This document shows, in pieces, positions 9,171 to 19,220 of a DNA stretch of 64,000 nucleotides. The notes under the pieces were generated by a model. It saw nothing but the letters and a program-made list of their open reading frames with translations. It made no database searches and was not told the origin of the DNA. The stretch is from an archaeon GW2011_AR15 (GTDB lineage Archaea; Nanobdellota; Nanobdellia; Woesearchaeales; GW2011-AR15), in the NCBI GenBank assembly GCA_000830295.1, contig CP010425.1:544001-608000 (forward strand), given 5' to 3'. Within the stretch, counting starts at the first letter, position 1. Each line of letters begins with the position of its first letter. The position numbers and the translations under genes are program-made.

Positions 9171-10868
9171 ATGGCACTTGAAAAGTTAAAAGATCTGCTG
9201 AAAAATGAGACAGATAACCTGGGATTTGCCGAGGCATTATTCGGTGTCTGCGGGGCCGTATTCTTATATCTCGTTGACCTGACCACAAAATGGAACGGCT
9301 ATCCGCTGCTGGAGGTATTTTCAGGGGCATTATTAATAGATGCATTGAGAATAGTGATTTTTGGTTTTTTTACAATAAGACTCCTTATGCTGATTGTAGA
9401 GCATAACAAGCAGGGATTCCACTGGTCAGCATATATCTCCGAGGGACTGCTTCATCTTTTATGGATAATGACTGCAGCAATTGCCCTAAAAAATCCCACT
9501 TCAACACTTCACCTTCTTTTTTCCATCCTTATCTATTTCCTGTTCGGGAAAGCTGTCCCTGAAGAGCATAAGGAAGATTTTACAAGGGCAATCCTTGTGT
9601 TGACTTTTATGGACTTCTATGGCTACGCATTGTTAAAAGGCATAAGCATAGGCTTTATCCTGGAAAACCAATTCAATAGGATACTTGTCCCATTATGGGG
9701 TTTTTATGTTATAGGATTTGCCATGAAGCACAACAGTTCTGCGATATTCAGCTGGACCTTCTTCATCATCTCCGCCATTTATGTCGCAGCCCTGTTTGAC
9801 GGGGTTTCACTTATGGCCCAGCAGACAGACAACCTTGACCAGGGAATTATAAACCAGGCAAAATCATCAGTATTCGGAGGGCTTAACCTTCTTTTTGGGA
9901 TCCCGCAGATGATAACAGACGGATGGAACAATTTCTACCAGCAGACATTCAACCAGTCATACATCTATGGGGGCGAGCAGGAGGAGACAAAGAATCCGCA
10001 GGGTGTTTACCTCACTGAAATTGAAAGGGGAGACTATACGAATTATGCAGATTCTCCTATCTATATATGGGCAAGGCTTGAGGCAAGGACTCTCGACAAA
10101 CCGATAAACCCGGTAACAGTAACCTGCAGCGCCGAGCTGGACGACGGGAACATAACACAGGGCATTGTCAATGAGGAAAGCACAGAATACAAATTCCTCG
10201 TCATATCTGGCGTGGACAGGACAATATCATGCAGGTTTAACAACCTTACAGAAGGAAGGTATACGGCGGTATTCAATGCCACTTTTGATTTCGCAACTGA
10301 TGCAAGGCGCAAGGTCTATCTTATGGACAGGGACAGGTATATAGAGGAACTGCAGGCCCTCAACCAGAGAGGCCAGCAGGCCACAGGAAAGGATGTCCTG
10401 CTCCAGCTTGAAATTACAGACACCGCCCCGGAAACAATCTACACCTCTGGGCCGGTGCTGGTAGGCATAGGCAGCGACAATGTTCCCTGGGACATAGGAG
10501 ACCAGAATAACATAAAATACAGGTTCGGCGTAACAGCAGAGAACGAGTGGACCATAGGCGGAGAAATACTCAAGATAAACAAGATTGAAATGATAGTTCC
10601 CCCGACATTTGACATAATTACTACAAGCTGCGACATAAAGATGCAGCCCGCAGGCTCAAGAGAAGGGGACAAGGTCTATGCAACAACAGCAGTTATTGAT
10701 GATATAGATAACCTTAAAACAATAAACTGCCTTATGAATGTGGACAAGAGGAGCCTTGATCCTGTGCCTGTAACCACAAGGTTCCTGAGGGCACATGTCG
10801 ACTATACCTATATGATAACAGAAGAAATAGATTTTGAGGTGGAGCCTCTTCCCGGCAATACAACATGA
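9171..10868 (+). CDS. Polytopic membrane protein with C-terminal extracellular paralog of the downstream lipoproteins
   Basis: ~7 TM helices in N-half; C-half has QGVYL, ATFDFAT, SGPV, RAHVDYTY matching neighbours. Confidence 0.65.
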   Translation: MALEKLKDLLKNETDNLGFAEALFGVCGAVFLYLVDLTTKWNGYPLLEVFSGALLIDALRIVIFGFFTIRLLMLIVEHNKQGFHWSAYISEGLLHLLWIMTAAIALKNPTSTLHLLFSILIYFLFGKAVPEEHKEDFTRAILVLTFMDFYGYALLKGISIGFILENQFNRILVPLWGFYVIGFAMKHNSSAIFSWTFFIISAIYVAALFDGVSLMAQQTDNLDQGIINQAKSSVFGGLNLLFGIPQMITDGWNNFYQQTFNQSYIYGGEQEETKNPQGVYLTEIERGDYTNYADSPIYIWARLEARTLDKPINPVTVTCSAELDDGNITQGIVNEESTEYKFLVISGVDRTISCRFNNLTEGRYTAVFNATFDFATDARRKVYLMDRDRYIEELQALNQRGQQATGKDVLLQLEITDTAPETIYTSGPVLVGIGSDNVPWDIGDQNNIKYRFGVTAENEWTIGGEILKINKIEMIVPPTFDIITTSCDIKMQPAGSREGDKVYATTAVIDDIDNLKTINCLMNVDKRSLDPVPVTTRFLRAHVDYTYMITEEIDFEVEPLPGNTT

Positions 10869-11803
10869 AAAAATATATTGCAGCATTAATTCTGCTGGCA
10901 GTTATTACAGCCTGCACAGGCGGCTCAGGAGAGGCAGACCTGGAAAAAGACATATACAAGGGGACAACAGGGGTTGTCCTGAGTTTCTTTGAGAACAGCC
11001 TTGGAGACGAGGTATTCGAGAATGAACAGCTTAATCTTCCTATCAAGCTCGAAAACAAAGGAGCATACCAGGTCACAAATTCAAAGCTCGTGGTGGCAAC
11101 AGAAAGGGGTTTCATAGAATTTTCAAACGGGAACAACATATACCAGAAATCAGGCATAAGGCTGGACGGCAAGAGCGTCTTTGTTACATTTGACGATTTC
11201 CATATAGAAGAGCTTGTAATGAATGTAAAAGAGCTTGACCCGCAGAGCGAATATCATGACTCGTTCATAACCGTCAACTTCTGCTATGACTACAAGACCT
11301 CTGCATTTGCAGAGGTATGCATAGATACAGACCCTCACGGCCAGAGAGTCAGCGACAAAGCATGCTCGCAGATAAACTCAATAAGCATGTCAGAAGGGCA
11401 GGGCGGCCCTGTTGTCATAGAAAGGGTAGAAACAAGGATGCTGGTGGTTGATAATTTCATAAAGCCCCAGTTCAAGATTTACATATCCAACAGGGGAGAA
11501 GGCACAGTGATAAGCCCAAACAGGATAGATTCAGTCTGCAGCCAGGGCTCAATAGGCCAGGAAACATACAATTCCCTGAGGCTTACAGCACTGGACATGT
11601 CAGGATTCTCAATGGGAAGCTTTGAATGCATTCCCTCAGAGCTTGTGCTTTACAATGATGAGGATTTCATAACCTGCACCCTGAAAACAGGGATAAGCAG
11701 GGACAGGCAGCCTTACCTTACTCCTCTGAAAGTGGAGCTTTCATACGGCTATATGGAGACAGCATCAAAAGAAATTAAAATAAAGAAAATATTAAGATAC
11801 TGA
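10865..11803 (+). CDS. Putative lipoprotein, two beta-sandwich domains (paralog 1)
   Basis: Lipobox-like VITAC; GTTGVVLSF, LENKG, FCYDYKT..VCID, QGGPV, ISNRGEG, LSYGY; ATGA overlap with upstream gene. Confidence 0.75.
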   Translation: MKKYIAALILLAVITACTGGSGEADLEKDIYKGTTGVVLSFFENSLGDEVFENEQLNLPIKLENKGAYQVTNSKLVVATERGFIEFSNGNNIYQKSGIRLDGKSVFVTFDDFHIEELVMNVKELDPQSEYHDSFITVNFCYDYKTSAFAEVCIDTDPHGQRVSDKACSQINSISMSEGQGGPVVIERVETRMLVVDNFIKPQFKIYISNRGEGTVISPNRIDSVCSQGSIGQETYNSLRLTALDMSGFSMGSFECIPSELVLYNDEDFITCTLKTGISRDRQPYLTPLKVELSYGYMETASKEIKIKKILRY

Positions 11804-11805
11804 GA

Positions 11806-12687
11806 ATGAGAAAAGAGCTTATTGTTTTGTCCTGCCTGCTTGTATTCCTGAGCGCATGCGTCATTGATTCAGGAAGCACAAACCAGCAGAACTGGAGGTC
11901 AGGAACACAGGGCATAGTGATGAGCTTTGTCCAGAACAGTCCGCCGTCTGAGGTCGTAAGCAGGTCAAATGTGGTGGTTGTTCTTGAATATTCAAACAAG
12001 GGAGCAGCTACAACAAGCCCGACATTCTATCTTGGGGGATTTGACAGCAATATACTTCCTTTCGGCAATACAAGGGTTTCTCCGGGAAGCATAGGAGGCA
12101 AGGACCAGTATAACATAGCAGGCTCCCAGCCGGGGTTCCTCAAATGGGAGACAGGCATAAACCTTGGCTCGTTAAGGGAGGTCGACAGCTTTAAGCAGTA
12201 TCTTAGTGTGACAGCATGCTATCCCTACCAGACACTGGCTTCCCCTATAATATGCGTCGATCCGCAGAAATACGAGTATATTGCGCCTGCAAGATGTGAT
12301 TTTGATGTAAAAGAGCTAGGCAGCAGCCAGGGAGGGCCAATGGCAGTCACAGAAGTGAAGCAGAAAGCCACCACTAATGAGATATTCCTTGAGATACATG
12401 TGGAAAACAAAGGCAGCGGCACTCCCTACCTGCAGGGAGACTGCCTTACCCTCGGTTATGAGCAGGTTGACCAGGTAAGCCTTGCTGAGGTTACAATGTC
12501 AGGCAGGAAATTCAGCTGCTCACCATCAACAATAAGGCTTGTAAACGGAAAAGGCTATGCCATATGCAGCCTCGGCATAAATGTTGACTCATATTACGAG
12601 ACGCCGCTGACAATAAGGCTCAATTACAATTACAGGGATACGCTGCCAAGAAAGGAAATAACAATAATAAATGTGGATAAAAAGTAG
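11806..12687 (+). CDS. Putative lipoprotein (paralog 2)
   Basis: Lipobox FLSAC; GTQGIVMSF, YSNKG, ACYPYQT..ICVD, QGGPM, VENKGSG, LNYNY. Confidence 0.75.
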   Translation: MRKELIVLSCLLVFLSACVIDSGSTNQQNWRSGTQGIVMSFVQNSPPSEVVSRSNVVVVLEYSNKGAATTSPTFYLGGFDSNILPFGNTRVSPGSIGGKDQYNIAGSQPGFLKWETGINLGSLREVDSFKQYLSVTACYPYQTLASPIICVDPQKYEYIAPARCDFDVKELGSSQGGPMAVTEVKQKATTNEIFLEIHVENKGSGTPYLQGDCLTLGYEQVDQVSLAEVTMSGRKFSCSPSTIRLVNGKGYAICSLGINVDSYYETPLTIRLNYNYRDTLPRKEITIINVDKK

Positions 12688-12734
12688 AAAGCTTTATAAT
12701 GTAGAAATGCAGGACTTAATAGAAGGTGAATAGC

Positions 12735-13679
12735 ATGAAGAATTTCAGATGGGTCATATTTTTGCTAATTGTAGCTATGCTGACAATGGCTCAGGAAGGG
12801 TGCCAGAGCTCAGGCAAGGGCACAGACAAGATAAATCCTTATATTGGCGGCACGAGAGGCCTTTCAGTCTTGTTTGCAGATGGTGCCCCTCCGGAAGAAG
12901 TGTTTGACAACAAGCAGTACCCATTTGACATTGATGTAAAGCTTCTTAATGTCGGGGAAAAAGATATCTTAAAAGATGATGTAAAAATAGTAATTTCAGG
13001 GCTTAACCCGTCTGATTTCGGCAAGACAGACAACTTCTTCATAAAAGACGGAATTGAAGAGGATGTGCTGGCAACATACAAGGATTTTGAAGGAAACATA
13101 ATAAATCCCTCAGAAGTCTATGTGACCTTCCCCGGGCTTAATTTTCAGGACAAGCTTACAGGAAACTTCCAGCTTAAGGCAAGGGCAGATGTATGCTACG
13201 GATATGAAACAGAAACTGTGGCAGACGGGTGTATAAGGTCCGATGTATTATCAGTTGACCCTGATGCAGTCTGCCAGGTAAACGAGGAAAAGACAGTATA
13301 TAATTCAGGAGCTCCGATCCAGGTAACTGGGTTTACAGAGCAGCCAAGCGGGACAGATAAGATAAGATACCTGTTTACAGTCAAGCACGTGGGTTCAGGA
13401 AGAGTCTATCTCCCGGACAGCAAATGCCCGTCTGTAAGAGGCTCAGAAGACAGGCTTTACTTCAAGATTAAGTCAAGTGTAGCTGACCTTACATGCAGCG
13501 GGCTTGTAGGCGGCAGCGGAAAAGAAGGTGAAATAATCCTGAGAAACGGCGAGCAGACAATAAGATGCGTCCAGCAGACCAAGAGCCAGATTGACTATAT
13601 AGACAGGATAACAATAAGCCTTACATATGACTACCAGGATTCATATGATGAGACTATACTGGTCAAGAAGAGCGATTAA
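12735..13679 (+). CDS. Putative lipoprotein/secreted protein (paralog 3)
   Basis: Signal peptide ending QEGC; GTRGLSVLF, LLNVG, VCYGYET..GCI, SGAPI, VKHVGSG, LTYDY; AGGTGA SD before ATG 12735. Confidence 0.75.
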   Translation: MKNFRWVIFLLIVAMLTMAQEGCQSSGKGTDKINPYIGGTRGLSVLFADGAPPEEVFDNKQYPFDIDVKLLNVGEKDILKDDVKIVISGLNPSDFGKTDNFFIKDGIEEDVLATYKDFEGNIINPSEVYVTFPGLNFQDKLTGNFQLKARADVCYGYETETVADGCIRSDVLSVDPDAVCQVNEEKTVYNSGAPIQVTGFTEQPSGTDKIRYLFTVKHVGSGRVYLPDSKCPSVRGSEDRLYFKIKSSVADLTCSGLVGGSGKEGEIILRNGEQTIRCVQQTKSQIDYIDRITISLTYDYQDSYDETILVKKSD

Positions 13680-13698
13680 ATTTTTTATACTCTTTTTT

Positions 13699-14655
13699 TT
13701 AATTCTTGCTGTTATTTATATATGAGATTCCTGCAATAAGGGCTTCCAGCTGTATAAACTCATCGCTGCCCTCCACCATCCTGAACTCTATCTCTCCGCA
13801 GAGCTTTATCATTTCCAGCTTTTTCAGGTCATCCACTTTCTGCTTCCAGATTGAAGACTGTATCTGCTTTATTATATCAAGCCCGGATAAGCCATTCTCA
13901 AACATTGTATTAAGGAGCTTCTTTCTTGCCTCCAGCATATTGTTTTTGAAAGCCAAATCAAGTATCTCCTGCACTTCTTCAGGAAGCGCCTGCGAAGCTA
14001 TGCTGTAGACAGCCTTTTCTGTAATCTCCTGCGCCACGGCTGCAGAGCTCTGGAGCAAATTCTCAACTTTCCTGCAGTCCCCTCCGGTTACCTCATAAAG
14101 GGCCTGCTTTGCATCTCCTGTAACCTTTATCTTTTCCTCAGAGGCAATCTTATCTATGATGCTGAATATATCCTCTTTTGGCAGGGGCTTGAATTTGAAG
14201 ACAACGCACCTGCTCTGTATTGGGTCTATTATTTTTGATGAGAAGTTGCATGACAGGATGAACCTGCATGTCTTGGTGTAATTTTCCATTGTCCTCCTCA
14301 AAGCCTGCTGCGCCTCCCTTGTAAGGGCATCGCACTCGTCAAGGAATATGATCTTGAAAGGCACGTCTCCTATAGCTTTTGTCCTGGCAAAGTCCTTGAC
14401 CTTGACACGGACAACGTCAATACCGCGTTCGTCAGAGGCATTCAGCTCAAGGAAATTCTCTCTCCAGATATCTTTAAAAAGCTCCCTTGCAACCACAAGG
14501 GCAAGTGTGGATTTGCCGACACCAGCAGGCCCTGCAAAAAGCAAGTGGGGCATGTTCTGCTGCTTTACAAACGCCTCTGCCCTCTTCACTATGTCTTTCT
14601 GGCCTTTTATCTCCTTAAATGACTTTGGCCTGTATTTTTCTGTCCATATTTCCAT
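13699..14655 (-). CDS. rfcS: Replication factor C small subunit
   Basis: WTEKYRP, GPAGVGKS, LELNASDERGID, LDECD, QSRC; no intein. Confidence 0.97.
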   Translation of the reverse strand: MEIWTEKYRPKSFKEIKGQKDIVKRAEAFVKQQNMPHLLFAGPAGVGKSTLALVVARELFKDIWRENFLELNASDERGIDVVRVKVKDFARTKAIGDVPFKIIFLDECDALTREAQQALRRTMENYTKTCRFILSCNFSSKIIDPIQSRCVVFKFKPLPKEDIFSIIDKIASEEKIKVTGDAKQALYEVTGGDCRKVENLLQSSAAVAQEITEKAVYSIASQALPEEVQEILDLAFKNNMLEARKKLLNTMFENGLSGLDIIKQIQSSIWKQKVDDLKKLEMIKLCGEIEFRMVEGSDEFIQLEALIAGISYINNSKN

Positions 14656-14790
14656 AAAAGGAGTAGAAACTGGTTTAGTTTAAAAAATTATAGGATAAAG
14701 TGAAATAAGAAAAGAAGAGTGATTAATATTAAATTATATCTTCTTCCGCAATTAATGAAAATTTAAGAAATTTTCAATATTGCCTCAGAG

Positions 14791-15075
14791 TTATATAATA
14801 TCCTCTTCGGCAATCACCATGAAGTCCCCCATGGCAATCACAGCGCTGAAAGGTATAAGCAGCCTGTCCTGGCTGTCTTTTTCCAGTTCAAGCTTCTCTG
14901 TGTAGGTTGTAGGGTTATTCACGACTATATGTATAAGCTCTCCTGATTTTGTCTCGAAGATCAGGTCACCAACTTCACCGAACCTTTTGCCTGTTTTGCT
15001 GACAATAGTCTTTCCTAGCAACTGTTTTGAGAATTTCTTTGAATCGTTATCTTCAAATGATTTTTTTACAGCCAT
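14791..15075 (-). CDS. PRC-barrel domain protein (CdpB-like cell division candidate)
   Basis: LLGKTIVSKTGKRFGEVGDLIFETKSGEL...IPFSAVIAMGDFMVI. Confidence 0.85.
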   Translation of the reverse strand: MAVKKSFEDNDSKKFSKQLLGKTIVSKTGKRFGEVGDLIFETKSGELIHIVVNNPTTYTEKLELEKDSQDRLLIPFSAVIAMGDFMVIAEEDII

Positions 15076-15159
15076 GATCTATCTACCCCTTATTTGGTTG
15101 AAATACATAAATTAAATTGTTTATATAAAGATTTCTATTAATAAATCTTACTATATTTC

Positions 15160-15921
15160 TCAGAATTCCCCTATCCTCTTGTCTACTTTGTCATAATGCC
15201 AGAACATTGCTATGGCGCCAAAAAGAAGACCGGCCAGCAGGGCAATTATCGGGGAAAGGAAAAAGCCTATGGCTGAAGCCACAACCACAAATGCAAGGGT
15301 AAATGTCCAGAAATATATGTGAGGGTAGAACAGGTATAACCCCACATTACCGGGGAGAGGTATAAGGGAATATATGGCAAACAGGAGGCTGAGCACCATA
15401 AGCTGCATTACAAAAGGGTTTGATTTGAACGGTGAGAGCAGAAGCAGCAGTATCACATTAAAAAAAGGCCCCATAAAGCCTGCCTTGGCCCATTCCCAGT
15501 CGTTTGTATAGTATCTGAATTCACCAAGCCTTGAGGCTGTCAGATGCCTTATATTTATGGCTCCGGGCAGGAAGAATATGAGGTATCCTCTTGAAGCAAA
15601 AGTCACAACCAGGGCAATCATAAGCCCTATAATCCCGTATTCATAGACAGGGTCATATCCATAGTATACAGCGACAACCCTCTGCCCAACCTGGTTGAAA
15701 ACAGTACAGATGAGCGCCATAAGGCAGCCAAGGCCGAAATTCTTTATTCCTTCAAGGAAATTGAAAGTCTCTCCTCCCCATTTGTTGAAAGACCAGACAA
15801 ACCCGATCATAACAACAGTTATAATAATCTGCTTTATCTCTTCCTTTGAAAGGGAAAAGCCAAACCTTTTCAGGTTATAGAAGAAAGTCCTGTATTCTTT
15901 TGCATATGAATGCGATGGCAT
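15160..15921 (-). CDS. M50/site-2-protease-like membrane protein, catalytic residues absent
   Basis: M50-like layout (PGA, AGFMGPFFNV, SLIPLP) but NQVGQ replaces HExxH and GNVG replaces PLDG. Confidence 0.6.
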   Translation of the reverse strand: MPSHSYAKEYRTFFYNLKRFGFSLSKEEIKQIIITVVMIGFVWSFNKWGGETFNFLEGIKNFGLGCLMALICTVFNQVGQRVVAVYYGYDPVYEYGIIGLMIALVVTFASRGYLIFFLPGAINIRHLTASRLGEFRYYTNDWEWAKAGFMGPFFNVILLLLLSPFKSNPFVMQLMVLSLLFAIYSLIPLPGNVGLYLFYPHIYFWTFTLAFVVVASAIGFFLSPIIALLAGLLFGAIAMFWHYDKVDKRIGEF

Positions 15922-15968
15922 GAGAAGAAATTGGCTGGGAGACTATATAAAATTTTCTTATTTTATCT

Positions 15969-16631
15969 CTACTGCTCTTTATTGAGATAAGCAAGAACAC
16001 CGTCTATATGGCCTGCCCCCATCACAGCAAGGATTTTCTTGTCCGGAAAGAGCCTGTGCAGCCTGTGCAGCTGCCTTGCCATGTAAATATCCCTTTCATC
16101 AATGAGTATCCTATGCAGGGAAGGATATCTCTTTTTCGTGTATCTTATCACTTTCCTGACAAGCTCTTCAGGCGGTATTTTTGAAAAATCAAAAGCCATT
16201 TCCTCAGCAGGGGGCCTAAAGGAGTCTATGAGAAGCCTGAACAGCTCCCTTTTCCTGAAATTCTTTGAGAACCTTTTCATGGTTATTGATATGTCCCTGT
16301 CTATAAGGGCGATATCTGCCTTGCTTTTCTCTGCCAGCTTCAGTGCAGCAAGCATCTCGCTTCCCGGTTCTATATTCACAATCTTTCCGATTTTCTTCTG
16401 AACGAATTCTCCAATCACATAGAATATGAATCCTCCGAGCCCAAAAGCTTTGATGAGCTCAAGGTTTTTCGGCCTTCTTACTTTGTTTTTCAGCGCATAA
16501 AGCCGGTTCCTGTCAAGCTCCACAGCAACAATATCAGGCGATATTTCTCCGAACGCAGCATTTACTCTCCTGGTGCTTTCGCCGGCAACATGGGAAGTTC
16601 CGACAAGTGCAATGTTCCTAAATTTCTTCAT
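15969..16631 (-). CDS. TraB/PrgY family protein
   Basis: LVGTSHV, VAVELD, PGSEM, LIDRDI, LIDERD, AVMGAGH. Confidence 0.9.
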   Translation of the reverse strand: MKKFRNIALVGTSHVAGESTRRVNAAFGEISPDIVAVELDRNRLYALKNKVRRPKNLELIKAFGLGGFIFYVIGEFVQKKIGKIVNIEPGSEMLAALKLAEKSKADIALIDRDISITMKRFSKNFRKRELFRLLIDSFRPPAEEMAFDFSKIPPEELVRKVIRYTKKRYPSLHRILIDERDIYMARQLHRLHRLFPDKKILAVMGAGHIDGVLAYLNKEQ

Positions 16632-16662
16632 AGAAGACAAGCCATATTAGAAAAAATATAAA

Positions 16663-17226
16663 TCATTTGGTTTTCAGGGCAATTCTTGTCCATACAAAGT
16701 ACACAAGCAGCGCCATAATGCTTCCTGCCAGGAACCATAGGGCGTAATTAGGCCCACTTTGAATAGCTGCAGCAGCCATATCAGCTTCTGCTGCCAGCAT
16801 TTCAGTTTTGAGGGCAGCAGGAGCAGGATTGTTTTGGGAAGATAAAAACTGCACTGCCAGGCTTGCCACTCCCATAATGAAGACAACAGGGAGGAATTCT
16901 TTCAGCCTTGAGGCCATGCCTGCTGATTTTTTCGGGGCTATCACGACATATTTATTTGAGAGCGAGTAGTGGATTATCTTTTTGCCTTTTTCTGAATATT
17001 TGTAATGCTCGTCCTTCACAAGGTCGGATTTGACAAGCAGCGCCATGTTGTAATGGACAGTTGAGAGCGGAATTTTGAGCTTTTCTGCAATTTCTGTTTC
17101 AGTCATCATCTCTTTTTTTGACATAATGTCAAGTATCTTCCTTGCAGTATCATTGCTCAGCACCTGGGCGAGCTGCTTTGACTTTTCCTCGTCAAGGCTT
17201 ACAAGAAGAAATGACTCATCTGCCAT
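16663..17226 (-). CDS. ArsR-like winged-HTH regulator with two C-terminal TM helices
   Basis: LSNDTARKIL...TETEIAEKLKIPLSTVHYN..L; start moved to MADESF. Confidence 0.8.
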   Translation of the reverse strand: MADESFLLVSLDEEKSKQLAQVLSNDTARKILDIMSKKEMMTETEIAEKLKIPLSTVHYNMALLVKSDLVKDEHYKYSEKGKKIIHYSLSNKYVVIAPKKSAGMASRLKEFLPVVFIMGVASLAVQFLSSQNNPAPAALKTEMLAAEADMAAAAIQSGPNYALWFLAGSIMALLVYFVWTRIALKTK

Positions 17227-17284
17227 AAGAGAGGTGAACAGAGACATATATTTAAATAATTGCAAGACTTTAATCCGGATTGAA

Positions 17285-17623
17285 ATGAAGACGCATTTCC
17301 CGACACTGAGGGGACTCCTTATCAGGCTCAAGCTCTACATGTCAAGGACAGGCAGCTACATAAGCCTTGTCAACACAGCGATGATACTTTTCATATTTCT
17401 TTCGGATCTTGAAAAATACAATATAGATATTGAAATAAGAGATTGGATAATCCCTATCTTTATCGTCGGAGTCCTAGGCATGCTCACTTTCGGGTATCTT
17501 GAAGACAGGTTGGGATTCTACAGCGAGGAGCAGAAGGCATCGCAGTCAAGAAGCCCCTATTTCAGGGAGATAATAGAGAGACTGGACAAGATTGAGAAGC
17601 AGTTAGAGAAGAAATCAAAATGA
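17285..17623 (+). CDS. Small membrane protein, hypothetical
   Basis: ATG 17285 after TATA-like box; two hydrophobic segments and coiled-coil-like C-terminus. Confidence 0.65.
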   Translation: MKTHFPTLRGLLIRLKLYMSRTGSYISLVNTAMILFIFLSDLEKYNIDIEIRDWIIPIFIVGVLGMLTFGYLEDRLGFYSEEQKASQSRSPYFREIIERLDKIEKQLEKKSK

Positions 17624-17672
17624 TTCTGAGGTATCACTAACTTTTTAAGCTGCCATGCCTTTCCCTGTTAAT

Positions 17673-18045
17673 GTAGGGCAGTGCTTAGCTATCGGTGCTT
17701 TAGGAAGGTGATAAAGAATCATCGGTCTTCGGAGGGCTTTATGTCCTCCTTAAGGTGTTTCCATCAATGCTTTCTTAAAGGACTGAGGAAAGTCCACCCA
17801 CTATCGTAGCCACTCGTGAAAGCGAGGCCCTGAAAAGGGCGGCAACCACTCAGAAACGAGACCGCCCATATCCGCTGTGATGCATGCGAAGGCTCTGGTG
17901 ACAGAGCTGAGTTCCTGCTGAGTTTGTTTATGGGAACGGATGAAACGGTGAGCCCTGGCTTGTGCAACCCGCAAGGGGCTCAGTAAAATGCTAAGACAGG
18001 CTATCCTAACGGAGCCTGACAAAAGGTGGCTTACAGCTGCCCTGC
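17673..18045 (+). ncRNA. rnpB: RNase P RNA
   Basis: P1 GTAGGGCAGT/GCTGCCCTGC; CR-I GAGGAAAGTCC 17785-95; CR-V ACAAAAGGTGGCTTAC 18019-34 completing P4; CAGAAAC and TGAAAC conserved regions; TATA-like box upstream, T-run downstream. Confidence 0.95.
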
Positions 18046-18051
18046 TTTTTT

Positions 18052-18447
18052 TTAAACTTCAGGAACAGAGCTGAATAGTGATTTAAGCCCGGTCTTGAGG
18101 CTGGCAGGATCTGCAAACTTGTGGTGCAGATGCGGCATAATAGACCACTGCATGTTGATTTTGGGGTTTGCAAAGATTACCTTAAGGGTAGTATTTGATG
18201 AAAGTTTAGGCCAGTTCTCTATCATAAATTTCAAATTCTCTCCTGTATTTAATGTTACAAGGACAGCCTTATCCCCAAGCCTTTCAAGCACACTATTTTC
18301 AAGCCTTTCCATTACAATATACTCCACAATTCCTTTACCCTCATGCTCGCACGTGATTATATTTCCTTCTGCAAATTTCTTGGTCATATCTCTCTTAAAA
18401 GAATTTAGGTAATCAATAAATGCAGAAGTCCATTCTGATAAATTCAT
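18052..18447 (-). CDS. Conserved hypothetical protein
   Basis: 131-aa ORF overlapping minD stop by 4 nt. Confidence 0.7.
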   Translation of the reverse strand: MNLSEWTSAFIDYLNSFKRDMTKKFAEGNIITCEHEGKGIVEYIVMERLENSVLERLGDKAVLVTLNTGENLKFMIENWPKLSSNTTLKVIFANPKINMQWSIMPHLHHKFADPASLKTGLKSLFSSVPEV

Positions 18448-19220
18448 TTTAGGCCCAGTCTTTTCATAATATAGTCAAACAAGTTATCGTTCTCTTCAGC
18501 AGACGCAACATACTTCTCTCCAAGCAGCTCGGCGGCAAGCTCTTTGTAGCTCAGTGATGCCGGGGCATTGGGATGCGTGTGTGTTACAGGATTTTTCATT
18601 TTTACTGCTTCCCTGACAGTCTCGTCTTCAGGAATCATGGCAATCACTTTCGTCTCCAGCATTGCCTCAACATCCTCTTTGCTGAGCTCAAGCTCATCCT
18701 CATATACCCTTGAAAGTATGACCCCTCTTACAGTTTTCCCATGCTCCCTGGCTGTTTTTATTGTTCTCAGCGCATCGCTTACAGCGGGAAGCTCAGGAGT
18801 TGAGACAACAAGCACCTCGTCCCCCATTTTTATTGATTCAATTGTGTCCTCTGTCAGCCCAGAAGGGCTGTCTATTATCACAAAATCAGCCTCTCCTGCC
18901 AGATCCCTTAGCATTTTGGCCAGCTTTTTCATGTCAATCCTGCCTTTGTGCTTCAGTGAAGGGCTGGCCGGCACAACTTTCAGGCCGTGGGAATGCATGT
19001 ATAATGCATCAGAAATATGCTTACCCTCTTTTATGACATCCTGCAGTGTTACAGGAACCTGCGGCGAGCCCAGGTAAAGGGCAATATTAGGGGTTGAAAA
19101 ATTGCAGTCGACAACAATGACATCCCTTCCGAATACAGTCAGGGCTGTCCCCAGGTTAATGGCGGTTGTTGTCTTTCCAACCCCGCCTTTGCTGGAGGCT
19201 ATTACGATGAATTTTGTCAT
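18444..19220 (-). CDS. minD: MinD family ATPase
   Basis: Deviant Walker A SKGGVGKTT, IIDSPSG, IPEDETVREA, C-terminal amphipathic LFDYIMKRLG. Confidence 0.92.
   Translation of the reverse strand: MTKFIVIASSKGGVGKTTTAINLGTALTVFGRDVIVVDCNFSTPNIALYLGSPQVPVTLQDVIKEGKHISDALYMHSHGLKVVPASPSLKHKGRIDMKKLAKMLRDLAGEADFVIIDSPSGLTEDTIESIKMGDEVLVVSTPELPAVSDALRTIKTAREHGKTVRGVILSRVYEDELELSKEDVEAMLETKVIAMIPEDETVREAVKMKNPVTHTHPNAPASLSYKELAAELLGEKYVASAEENDNLFDYIMKRLGLK

Noticed and set aside
17764-18022. Two short minus-strand ORFs
   Set aside because: Antisense to the RNase P RNA
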